Below are positions 1 through 8,300 of a stretch of DNA of 18,998 bases, one piece after another (position 1 is the stretch's first letter; each line of letters opens with the position of its first letter). The notes beneath the pieces were generated by a model that saw only the letters and a program-made list of their open reading frames with translations, ran no database searches and was not told the origin of the DNA. The translations under genes and the position numbers were made by a program. The DNA is from a virus (lineage: Duplodnaviria > Heunggongvirae > Uroviricota > Caudoviricetes). Where the stretch lies: positions 1-18,998 of the IMG/VR virus record IMGVR_UViG_3300037882_002350. The stretch is one strand, 5' to 3'.

Positions 1-72
1 AGAGATATTGGGGCTCGTTTAATTATGAATGATCGAAGAGAAGTACGAAAAGCTTGGGAAAGCAAGAAATAA
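1..72 (+). CDS. 3' end of an upstream gene (partial, product unknown)
   Basis: Frame 1 is open from base 1 (RDIGARLIMNDRREVRKAWESKK) to TAA at 70-72. The stop runs into the AAAGGAG RBS of the next gene, which suggests an operon. Confidence 0.6.
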   Translation, partial: RDIGARLIMNDRREVRKAWESKK

Positions 73-82
73 AGGAGAATTA

Positions 83-2047
83 ATGGTTAGCACTAGAGCA
101 CAAATTATAACACGAAGAACTTACAACAGACCAAAAGATGATACGGGAAAATCATTTGAAACATGGAAGGAGACCGTATCACGGGTTCTAGATCACCAAG
201 AGTGGCTTTGGACTAGAGCTATAGGCGGGCGAGAATTAACTGATTTAGAATATGCTGAACTGTACGAATTAGAACAATTGATTTTAGATCGAAAAGTTTG
301 CGTTTCAGGACGAACACTTTGGTTGGGCGGAACTGATGTAGCAAAAACTCGCGAAGCGAGTCAGTTTAATTGTACCTTCACAGAGGTAGAAACTGCCTAC
401 GACATAGTAGACGTTCTATGGCTACTACTTCAGGGTTGTGGAGTGGGCTTCAAGCCAAAAGTAGGAACCCTTAATGGGTTCTCTAAACAAATTAAAAATA
501 TAGAGATTGTTCATAGTACACGGACCGCTAAAGGTGGTGTCGAAAATAACGTAGAGTCATGGAACCCTAAAACAGGGGAATGGCGTATTAAAGTAGGTGA
601 TAGCGCCGAAGCTTGGGCCAAAAGCATTGGTAAGTTAGTTGCAGGTAAGTATCCGGCACGAACACTAGTGTTAGATTTTAGTGAATTAAGACCTGCGGGT
701 GAAAGACTAAAAGGTTACGGCTGGATTAGCTCTGGTGATGGCGCTATATCAAAAGCCTATCTAGCTATAGCGAACATTTTAAATGGTAGAGCTGATGCTT
801 TACTTACTAGAATGGACATTATGGATATAGTTAACTGGCTCGGAACAATTTTAAGTTCCAGACGGTCTGCTGAAATCGCATTATTCGAATATGGTCAGCC
901 AGAATGGGAAGAGTTTGCAGTAGCTAAGAAAGACTTCTGGCTTCATAATAATGAACATAGAACCCAATCTAATAATAGTTTACTTTTTAATGAAAGACCT
1001 TCTAGAATTGATTTGGAGAAAATCTTTCATCTAATGGAAGATGCGGGAGGTTCTGAACCAGGTTTTATTAATGCAGTAGAAGGCACTAAACGGGCTCCTT
1101 GGTTTAGGGGTTGTAATCCTTGCGTTGAGATTTTATTAGGAAATAAGTCTTTTTGTAACCTAGTAGAGATTGATATTGGTAAGTTTAAAGGTGATAATGC
1201 TGGATTACATCGCGCCACTTATTTAGCGGCTCGTGCTAATTATCGACAAACTTGTGTAAATTTGAATGATGGTATTCTTCAAGAAGCTTGGCATTTAAAT
1301 AATCAATTTCTAAGGCTTTGTGGTGTTGGACTAACAGGTATAGCGAAACGTCCCGACATGGGTGGTTACGATTATGAATACTTGAAAAGAACTGCTACTG
1401 GTGCGGCTTTTGGTATGGCAGAAGAATTAGGGCTTCCTTATCCTAAAAATGTTACTTGTGTTAAACCAAGTGGTACATTATCCAAAATTATGGATACGAC
1501 CGAAGGTATTCATAAGCCTCTAGGTAAATATATTTTCAATAATGTTACCTTTGGTAAGCATGACCCTATAGTAGAAGTTGCTAAAGCGGCAAACTATAAA
1601 ACAGTTAATCACCCTACTGACCCTGATGCGGTGTTAATAACTTTTCCGGTTTGCTGGGATGATGTACCTTTTGATAAGGTTAATGGCTTAGAGGTTAACT
1701 TAGACTCTGCAATTGATCAACTAGATCGTTATAAATTGCTGCAAATGAACTGGACCCAGCAAAATACTAGTGTAACGATATCTTACAGTATAGATGAAGT
1801 ACCTGCTATTATAGACTGGTTATTGTCTAACTGGGATATTTATGTTGGTGTAAGTTTCTTGTATAGAGCTGATCCGACTAAAACCGCTAAAGACTTAGGT
1901 TATTTGTTCTTACCTCAAGAAGTTGTATCCGAAGAAACATTCCGAAAGTATTCAGCAACACTACTTCCAGTAGATCTTGAAGCAACTAATAGCTTCGAAG
2001 AGTTGCAGGATGAAGGTTGTGCAACCGGGGCCTGTCCAATAAAGTAA
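83..2047 (+). CDS. nrdJ: Class II (adenosylcobalamin-dependent) ribonucleotide reductase, monomeric RTPR type
   Basis: Motifs TYNRP, SGRTLWLGG, FNC, GCGVGF, NPCVEI (radical Cys at 1121-1123), CNLVE, TCVKPSGT and C-terminal redox pair CATGACPIK. There is no N-terminal ATP-cone. Start moved from 29 to ATG 83, which follows AAAGGAGAATTA (654 aa). Confidence 0.95.
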   Translation: MVSTRAQIITRRTYNRPKDDTGKSFETWKETVSRVLDHQEWLWTRAIGGRELTDLEYAELYELEQLILDRKVCVSGRTLWLGGTDVAKTREASQFNCTFTEVETAYDIVDVLWLLLQGCGVGFKPKVGTLNGFSKQIKNIEIVHSTRTAKGGVENNVESWNPKTGEWRIKVGDSAEAWAKSIGKLVAGKYPARTLVLDFSELRPAGERLKGYGWISSGDGAISKAYLAIANILNGRADALLTRMDIMDIVNWLGTILSSRRSAEIALFEYGQPEWEEFAVAKKDFWLHNNEHRTQSNNSLLFNERPSRIDLEKIFHLMEDAGGSEPGFINAVEGTKRAPWFRGCNPCVEILLGNKSFCNLVEIDIGKFKGDNAGLHRATYLAARANYRQTCVNLNDGILQEAWHLNNQFLRLCGVGLTGIAKRPDMGGYDYEYLKRTATGAAFGMAEELGLPYPKNVTCVKPSGTLSKIMDTTEGIHKPLGKYIFNNVTFGKHDPIVEVAKAANYKTVNHPTDPDAVLITFPVCWDDVPFDKVNGLEVNLDSAIDQLDRYKLLQMNWTQQNTSVTISYSIDEVPAIIDWLLSNWDIYVGVSFLYRADPTKTAKDLGYLFLPQEVVSEETFRKYSATLLPVDLEATNSFEELQDEGCATGACPIK

Positions 2048-2086
2048 ACAAAAAAGCCGGGAAGAGCTCTTCCCGGCTTTTTTGTT
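2047..2086. terminator. Bidirectional intrinsic terminator (perfect 40-bp palindrome)
   Basis: AACAAAAAAGCCGGGAAGAG|CTCTTCCCGGCTTTTTTGTT is a GC-rich stem with an A6 tract on the left and a T6 tract on the right. It fills the gap between the convergent nrdJ and endolysin stops. Confidence 0.93.
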
Positions 2087-2711
2087 ATTTCCACTCTCCA
2101 ATTGAAAGAGCTTTTTGAAATTTAATAGCATAATTAGCTATAGTATCTGCTTTATCTAGACCATTAATAATTCTTCGAGCTTGAATAAATTGATCTTTAC
2201 TTGCTGCACCGGTTGTTGGTAAAGAATTTTTACAACTTTTACCTGTAAACCAGCCCTCACTCATACCACTAACCATAATTTTTGCGGCAATATCATCTTG
2301 CATAGCTAGATCTGGATTTCCAACTAAGTCTTCTCCGGTAACTGTTGCGGCTTTTGAATAGTTACTCTTCCAAGTAAGCTGAACATAACCCCTACCTCGA
2401 TATTTTATACCATCACCCTTAGTAGTATTGCCCATTTTTTTAGCTAAAACTGGTCGTTCTCCTAGTAGGTCATACATTCGTGTGAAATACTTAGGTCCAC
2501 CATATTCAGCAATTGGTTGCATTGTATGCGCAGTTTCATGATATGCTGTCGCTAGTGCATAAGCTGCCCATGAAATGGGCCAGTTTGCAGCACTACATAC
2601 ATTGGTTATAGCTTGAAGACCTTCAAATTCTTTAGGGTCTAAAGAAGGCCCTAGCATTGAATCACTTCGAAGCCAATCGTAAAACGCATCAGCATTATTT
2701 AATTTAGTCAT
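2085..2711 (-). CDS. Endolysin, glycoside hydrolase family 19 (chitinase/lysozyme-like)
   Basis: AYALATAYHET (catalytic Glu), QPIAEYG, YRGRGYVQLTWKSNY and ARRIING motifs are typical of phage GH19 endolysins. AGGAG RBS is present. There is no signal peptide or SAR segment. Confidence 0.9.
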   Translation of the reverse strand: MTKLNNADAFYDWLRSDSMLGPSLDPKEFEGLQAITNVCSAANWPISWAAYALATAYHETAHTMQPIAEYGGPKYFTRMYDLLGERPVLAKKMGNTTKGDGIKYRGRGYVQLTWKSNYSKAATVTGEDLVGNPDLAMQDDIAAKIMVSGMSEGWFTGKSCKNSLPTTGAASKDQFIQARRIINGLDKADTIANYAIKFQKALSIGEWK

Positions 2712-3077
2712 TTATTTTTCTCCTAAAGACTCTAACGTAGAATGTCTTTGTCTTGCTTTAATAAATCTTGTTAGATTCATTGTGGAATCAGTTTCTACAA
2801 TTATGGACTCATTCAGTTCATTTATTGCTTCTCTTAAATCCTGTGATAATCTATGAGATTTTTTAGCATCAGATCTCTGCTCTTCCTGAACTTCTCTCAT
2901 TGTTTCTATTAACTCTTTTAAAAGTTTAGAATCTATAAAACTTGCACTTATGACGGAGTTATTATCTATTTTTTCTTCTGTCTTTAAGTACTTGATAACG
3001 CCTACAATAGCAGCAACTAGTGCTATAGCTATAAGGCTCGCACCTTGTGCCCAAATGGGTAAAGAATTAACGTCCAT
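2712..3077 (-). CDS. Single-TM membrane protein of the lysis cassette (holin/antiholin candidate)
   Basis: One hydrophobic segment (SLIAIALVAAIVGVI) followed by KYLK and a helical, charged C-terminal region. Its stop abuts the endolysin ATG. Confidence 0.6.
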   Translation of the reverse strand: MDVNSLPIWAQGASLIAIALVAAIVGVIKYLKTEEKIDNNSVISASFIDSKLLKELIETMREVQEEQRSDAKKSHRLSQDLREAINELNESIIVETDSTMNLTRFIKARQRHSTLESLGEK

Positions 3078-3080
3078 TAC

Positions 3081-3515
3081 TTATCTAATCTTACCCCTAA
3101 CTGACAAGTCTGCCAATTTAGCGTCGCCTGCGGCAAACCATAAAGATATTAAATCTAAAATCACCAGCATTGCGTAAATACCTGCAGTGGGCGTTAACCA
3201 CGGCAAACTTAATGCAGATATAAGTAAACTACCCCAAAGCAAAGCTCCGGAAGCACAACCTATAGCTCTTATATGGGCTGATGGTCTCCAGGCACCATTT
3301 ATAATTAAAAATATTAACCTAATAGTGCCAACTGTAGCGGCTACAGTTCCCCAAGTTACTTGGTCCATTAAAAGCAGAAGGGGGTGAAAATACTCCATTC
3401 TAATAAACAAATTAGTAGAAGCTAGTGTCATCAACCCCCATAAAAGCATGCCAGTAGATTGGACCCACTCTGGCATTCTTTGGCGAAACGTTTCTTTAAA
3501 ACGAACTATTAGCAT
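3081..3515 (-). CDS. Four-TM membrane protein, putative holin
   Basis: About four hydrophobic segments, a basic N-terminus and a location two genes upstream of the endolysin. Coupled to the upstream gene by a TAATG overlap at 3513-3517. Confidence 0.6.
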   Translation of the reverse strand: MLIVRFKETFRQRMPEWVQSTGMLLWGLMTLASTNLFIRMEYFHPLLLLMDQVTWGTVAATVGTIRLIFLIINGAWRPSAHIRAIGCASGALLWGSLLISALSLPWLTPTAGIYAMLVILDLISLWFAAGDAKLADLSVRGKIR

Positions 3516-3787
3516 TATGCAATAGGAACTGGTGCTGCGTTACTTATATTTGGAAACTGAGACTTAACCATTTCAATTACCTTGATTATATTTCCCATCT
3601 GACTGTATGCGACACTTCCTGTCACACAACCAGCCTCTATATCTTTCATTTCAGATATAAATTCTAGGGCAACAGGCGATTCCATAAATTTGGAAAACTT
3701 AACTATTTTTTCCTGCTCTTGAACTTGCATTTTTGCTCTTATCGCTTCAAAGGTTGCGATTTCTTCTTCTGTTACTATTGTTGTCAT
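3515..3787 (-). CDS. Hypothetical 90-aa soluble helical protein heading the lysis cassette
   Basis: Strong RBS (AAGGAGAATAAAATG) and a stop overlapping the next start. No recognisable motif. Confidence 0.7.
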   Translation of the reverse strand: MTTIVTEEEIATFEAIRAKMQVQEQEKIVKFSKFMESPVALEFISEMKDIEAGCVTGSVAYSQMGNIIKVIEMVKSQFPNISNAAPVPIA

Positions 3788-3826
3788 TTTATTCTCCTTT
3801 TTTATTAACTTCGCCTATTCTACTTG

Positions 3827-3855
3827 TTGACGAAGATTTTGTTTTTATCTATACT
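3827..3855 (+). promoter_or_regulatory. sigma70-type promoter for the inverted gene 3887..4273
   Basis: TTGACG (3827-3832), 17-nt spacer, TATACT (3850-3855). TAAGGA RBS at 3873-3878 precedes ATG 3887. Confidence 0.8.
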
Positions 3856-3874
3856 TTAATAAGTTATTAAAGTA
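3852..3874. promoter_or_regulatory. Perfect 11-1-11 inverted repeat overlapping the -10 box and start site (operator-like)
   Basis: TACTTTAATAA-G-TTATTAAAGTA has exactly complementary arms. Confidence 0.55.
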
Positions 3875-3886
3875 AGGAATTTATAT

Positions 3887-4273
3887 ATGTTTATTAAAAA
3901 ATTATTATTAATTGGATTGATTACTATGGTTCCAGTAACGGGAATTTATGCAGAGAGCATAAGTTCAATGTCGTCTGGTTCTAAAGAACAAGGTAAAGAT
4001 GGTTACTTCTTCAAATCCGAAGAATATAGTAAATCTGAAATTCTTGTGAAAATCGTTTATTTTGAATCACAGAAATCGCTTAATAAATATTACAATGAAA
4101 TGAATGGTATTCAGAAGGCGAAAACTAGTACTGCTCCTAAGGGGGCATTCGCAATTATACAAAAAAATTCTAAAGAATGCACTATATACATGGTGAAACC
4201 TTCGAGCAAATATTACAAACCAGAGTTATTAGGTCATGAGTTAACTCACTGCTTAATGGGTGAGTTCCATTAA
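3887..4273 (+). CDS. Small secreted protein with C-terminal HExxHxxxGxxH zinc-metallopeptidase-like motif
   Basis: N-terminal Sec-type signal (MFIKK-LLLIGLITMVPVTG-IYA|ES, no lipobox Cys) and C-terminal ELLGHELTHCLMGEFH*. It has two Cys, its own promoter and RBS, and runs opposite to all neighbours. Confidence 0.75.
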   Translation: MFIKKLLLIGLITMVPVTGIYAESISSMSSGSKEQGKDGYFFKSEEYSKSEILVKIVYFESQKSLNKYYNEMNGIQKAKTSTAPKGAFAIIQKNSKECTIYMVKPSSKYYKPELLGHELTHCLMGEFH

Positions 4274-4983
4274 ATAACACCTGATAGAATGATTCTGTCA
4301 TTGGCAAACCCAGAAGCTGGCGGGCCATAACCCGATACGGCTACATCTTTGATACTTATATTATTACCAATCATTTTAATTCCTGGAACCCAACCAGTTC
4401 TTGCGGAACTGGTTAATGGGGTTCTAGCACGGAAAGCTTTACCACCTGCAAACAATGCGATTCTTCCAGCAGCATTAAGAGATTGAGTTGTTCCCCCATG
4501 CGTTGTTGAAGACCATCTAAAACTGTTTTCAACCTTTAATGGATTCAAAGAATTATCCCAACACAAAGTACTATCAGCATTTAGCAATTGTAATCCAACT
4601 CCAGAAGCTGGGGGGCTCAACCCCCTCATACTTTTATAGGCCCACCATTCAACAGTATGGCTAGATAAGTTTGTTCTTTCGGAAGTTGGCCAATCTGCAT
4701 CTGTGAATGTACAAGGTTGTGTCGATATATAAAAACCATCGTTCCCTATTTCTGGAAAACAATAAGCGGAAGTGCACCTTAAACCAACCAATTCTACACC
4801 CGGTGCAGATATTAGAACAGGATTACCCGAGCTACCGTATAAAGCCCCTATATAAAATCCAGAAAAGATAGCGAATAAATCAACACAAGAAACTGATCCA
4901 GAATCTATCAAAGTAAAAGCGGATGAAGATGCATCAAATTGTAATTTTCCGTCTGATGTATAAGATTGAAAACCTACTGTCAT
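4270..4983 (-). CDS. Tail-tip protein, candidate receptor-binding protein (T1/phi80-type gene after the J-like fibre)
   Basis: N-terminus MTVGFQSYTSDGKLQFDAS matches the M..GFQ....G..QFD pattern of ~230-aa proteins encoded two genes after J-like fibres. It is beta-rich and has an AAGGA RBS. The RBP role is inferred from synteny. Confidence 0.55.
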   Translation of the reverse strand: MTVGFQSYTSDGKLQFDASSSAFTLIDSGSVSCVDLFAIFSGFYIGALYGSSGNPVLISAPGVELVGLRCTSAYCFPEIGNDGFYISTQPCTFTDADWPTSERTNLSSHTVEWWAYKSMRGLSPPASGVGLQLLNADSTLCWDNSLNPLKVENSFRWSSTTHGGTTQSLNAAGRIALFAGGKAFRARTPLTSSARTGWVPGIKMIGNNISIKDVAVSGYGPPASGFANDRIILSGVI

Positions 4984-4998
4984 TACTAAAGTTCCTTC

Positions 4999-5295
4999 TT
5001 AATAAGCTAGGGCATTTATTCTTGCAAAATAAGAACCGGTATCCTTAAATTTATACTGTAATTTATCATTTGTTACATCATAATTTACATCTATAACATC
5101 TTGGGGCGCTGAACCTGATTCTATAGATGCAGATGCAGCTATTAAATTGGTGGTTCCAGGAGGAAGAACAGTTACTTCTTGCGCAGCTGTTGTAGTCGCT
5201 TCCGCAACTACACTAGTAATTGATTTTAACACATAAGTTGATGTATCTATAATTAAAGTGCCAGATGTATCCCACACTTGTAAGCCTTGTGGCAT
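4999..5295 (-). CDS. Small tail-tip protein following the fibre
   Basis: N-terminus MPQGLQVWDTSGTLIIDTS is the typical pattern of ~100-aa proteins directly after J-like fibres. The AGGAG RBS overlaps the fibre stop codon. Confidence 0.6.
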   Translation of the reverse strand: MPQGLQVWDTSGTLIIDTSTYVLKSITSVVAEATTTAAQEVTVLPPGTTNLIAASASIESGSAPQDVIDVNYDVTNDKLQYKFKDTGSYFARINALAY

Positions 5296-5305
5296 ATTAC
5301 TTCTC

Positions 5306-8300
5306 CTACCAAATTCCTAGTCTAACGCGAAGCACATTAGACGCATCGTATACTCTAATCAAATCTTTCGTTATTGTAACACGAGCTCCACTCGTCCCAC
5401 CAACATTCAGTTCTCCCTTAAACGTGGATACGCCACCTACAATTTCAAGAGCTGGATCTGTTAAATTACCTAAAGATATTTTTGAAGCTCTTAAATTAAT
5501 AGCACTTGTAGTAATACCACCGCTATCTAATGCAACTAACTCTACTTCTGCTACGCCTGATCCTGCACTTACTCTATTTAAATATGTAGCCGTTCTTGCG
5601 TTAAGTGCAGTAATTGCTGTTGCTTGAGTTACTATCGAAGCTCCTTGAGTAGTAACTGTGCTATTTAAAGTAGCTATGGAAGATGTGTGTCCCCCAACAG
5701 TTCCTTCTAATGTAGTGATTGCTGTTGCTTGGGAACTGATCGAAGCGCCTTGAGTTGACACTGTGGAGTTGAGAGTAGCAATAGACGTAGTATGACCTCC
5801 AACAGTTCCTTGGAGTGTTGTGATGGCCGTAGCCTGTGAAGATATATTAGCTCCCTGTGTAAATACAGTGGAGTTTAGTGTGGCTATGGAAGACGTATGT
5901 GTAGCCAATGTGGATGCGTGTGTAGATACAGTTGCTTCCATAGGTGCAAGCACAGTCTGATCGCGTATCTCAGAGGCCGTTGCAGGCCGAACCGCTAAAT
6001 GATGTAGATCGACATATTTATACATCTGAGCGCCAAAACCGCCCCAGTTTAGCATAAGAACTACACCATATTGTGTCAAGTTGGTGTTACTCATCTGAAA
6101 AAGTTGAGTTGTTCTCATAAGTCTAAATGGTGATGCTCCTTGGTATGCAGTCAGACCATTTGTATCCTTCAAGCTATTCAACGCAAAAGATGGAGTTTCT
6201 ACTTCGCTACCAGATGAGTTTTTACCCGATAGGTAAACTCCGCCGCCCTGTAAGTTTCCGTCGATAAGTTCAAAGGTGCATTCCAACACATACCAACCCG
6301 GACGCATAGGATAATTGCTATTTGTAGCTATGCCGGATGTCCAGTTGGCGTTTGCCAAAAGTCTATAAGCATAAGGACTTACTACACCTTGTGATCTAGC
6401 TTGGTACGTAGGAGTTTGGAACCAATCTTGCCACACAGTAGCCGCGTATGAAGGAACTGCATCTGATAGGTCAGAGAAGGATGGATTAGGGTGCATGGAC
6501 AAGCCACCCGTTCGGCCAACTGTGTTAGTGATTGCCGTCAACTTGGTTGACTGTGTAGCCGCGCTTGCACTTAGAGTAACGATAGCCGAGGTATGCGTTG
6601 CAACTGTAGCTTCCATAGGAGCTAGTACAATTTGGTCCCGAATCTCGGCCGGGGTGGCGTCCCGCACAGAACATAAGTGCCATGTAATCGTCTTTGCAGG
6701 ATTGCTTCCATAACCAGCCCAATTTGATAGAGCATACAATAGCCAATTATTTTCAACGCCAACTATGCTTGTAATTTGGATTAGTTTTGTAAACTTATAT
6801 TTTCTTCCAGTCGAGCCAGCGCCAACAATACTGTTTGTTGTTGCTTCTTTTTCAATGGAGAATTTTATAGAGCCAAATTCACCTGCTGAATTACCCAAAA
6901 ATATAGCGGAGCTTTCAAGAGAACCAGATTCTAAGGTGACCTCGGCCTCTAGGACGTAGTATCCATTCCCTTTTTTACCATTCATAGAGGTTATACTTTG
7001 AAGTATTCCTCTAGAGGTTCCAGCTACTACAATCTGCCGGAAAGCAAACCCGCCTATATCTCCAGATACTTTAACATTATCATACCCTGCGGCCCAATCC
7101 GCCCAGTTGGCCGGATATGTGCCGCTCCCTCCTGCCCAATCGGCAAAGGTTGGGTTTTTATTGAGAGAACCCATACCGATTGACGCGCTAAGCACAGCAC
7201 TGATCTGCGCCGCCGAAGCCTGCGCGGTTGCAATAGCTGCTTGAGTTGTCGCTATTCCAGCTTGTGTTGATGCCGTAGTCGCATGCCCTCCCGCAGTAGT
7301 TGCAGAGTTTGCAGCATTTCCTGCGTAAGTTGCCGAGAGACTGGCTTGTGTCGTTGCTGTACTTGCTGCGCTTGTCGCTGTTGCTGCCTGTGTAGAGGCA
7401 ATCGTCGCACTAGACGCCGCTGTGATACTTTCTGTGACATCCTCTGCGTAGCAATAATCTATAGCACCCTGTGTCCCACTACCTCCGCCGGTATTAGCCC
7501 AAGAGAAAGGCATAGCATATGCCGCGTTTGAAGGTATTTGTGTGTCTCCTGTGCCAATACCGTCAAAGGTTGCGGTCAGGTCTACCCATGTACCGTTGAC
7601 ACCCAGAATATATGAATTGCCGTATCTCTGGCCCAGCCATGCTTTGTTGGCATCAAAAAACGACAGTCCTGTATATGCGTAATTTGTACCAGCCGTCCAT
7701 ACAGACGTCTTCACACGGTATCTACGATTGGGGTCTATAGCAAAGCACTTACCGGCGATCTGCAACGATGACCCAACAGGACCAGTAAAAACTCCTGTGC
7801 GTCCGTTAAACGAAGCTTGCCATCCGGAGGACGGTGTAGTTCCTCCGTCAAATAAAGAATAGTTGTCATTCCAAAGCAACCCGTTCTCAGTGAAGTGCGC
7901 GTTTGGTGTCAGCGCCAAGGTCTGACTGTAGGCATTAGCCCGATTAGCGTAAGTCGCCGATAGCGTTGCTTGCGTCGTTGCTGTGCTGGCAGCACTCGTT
8001 GCGACAGCGGCTTGCGCTGTTGAAATCCCTGCCTGTGTCGTTGCCGCATGGCTCTCCGTAATATCAAACAATTCAAAACTTACCCAGTCAACCAAACATG
8101 GCAGAATAGAGTTAAAATTGGAGAGTATTATAGGGGCGACGGCGACTGTGTTGGGTGGAAATTGACCTCCGGTTGTATATATTGGGTTGGCTAGACCCGT
8201 GTTGATCCCTTGGTAAATTTGCTCTCTGGTATACCCATCGCCTGCATTAAATGTCTGCCCTACTACGCTGTCAAAGTATATGTTTCCTAAATTATCGCCT

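Noticed and set aside
29-82. N-terminal extension of nrdJ in the ORF track
   Set aside because: It overlaps the upstream gene's 3' end, and the strong RBS lies directly before ATG 83.
1-82. Cobalamin riboswitch upstream of nrdJ
   Set aside because: The upstream sequence is coding up to the RBS, leaving no room and showing no B12-box.
2950-3387. + strand ORFs 2950..3177 and 3187..3387 as possible antisense spanin or lipoprotein
   Set aside because: They are antisense shadows of membrane-protein genes. LAPC at residue 33 is not a valid lipobox, and there is no RBS.
3470-3515. Dual-start (Met1/Met14) holin-antiholin motif in the 4-TM gene
   Set aside because: Basic residues lie between the two Met codons, but no Shine-Dalgarno sequence precedes the second, so support is insufficient.
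5265-8165. Short alternative-frame and antisense ORFs within the fibre gene
   Set aside because: They are expected by-products of GCN/ACN-rich repetitive coding and show no RBS or protein-like motifs.
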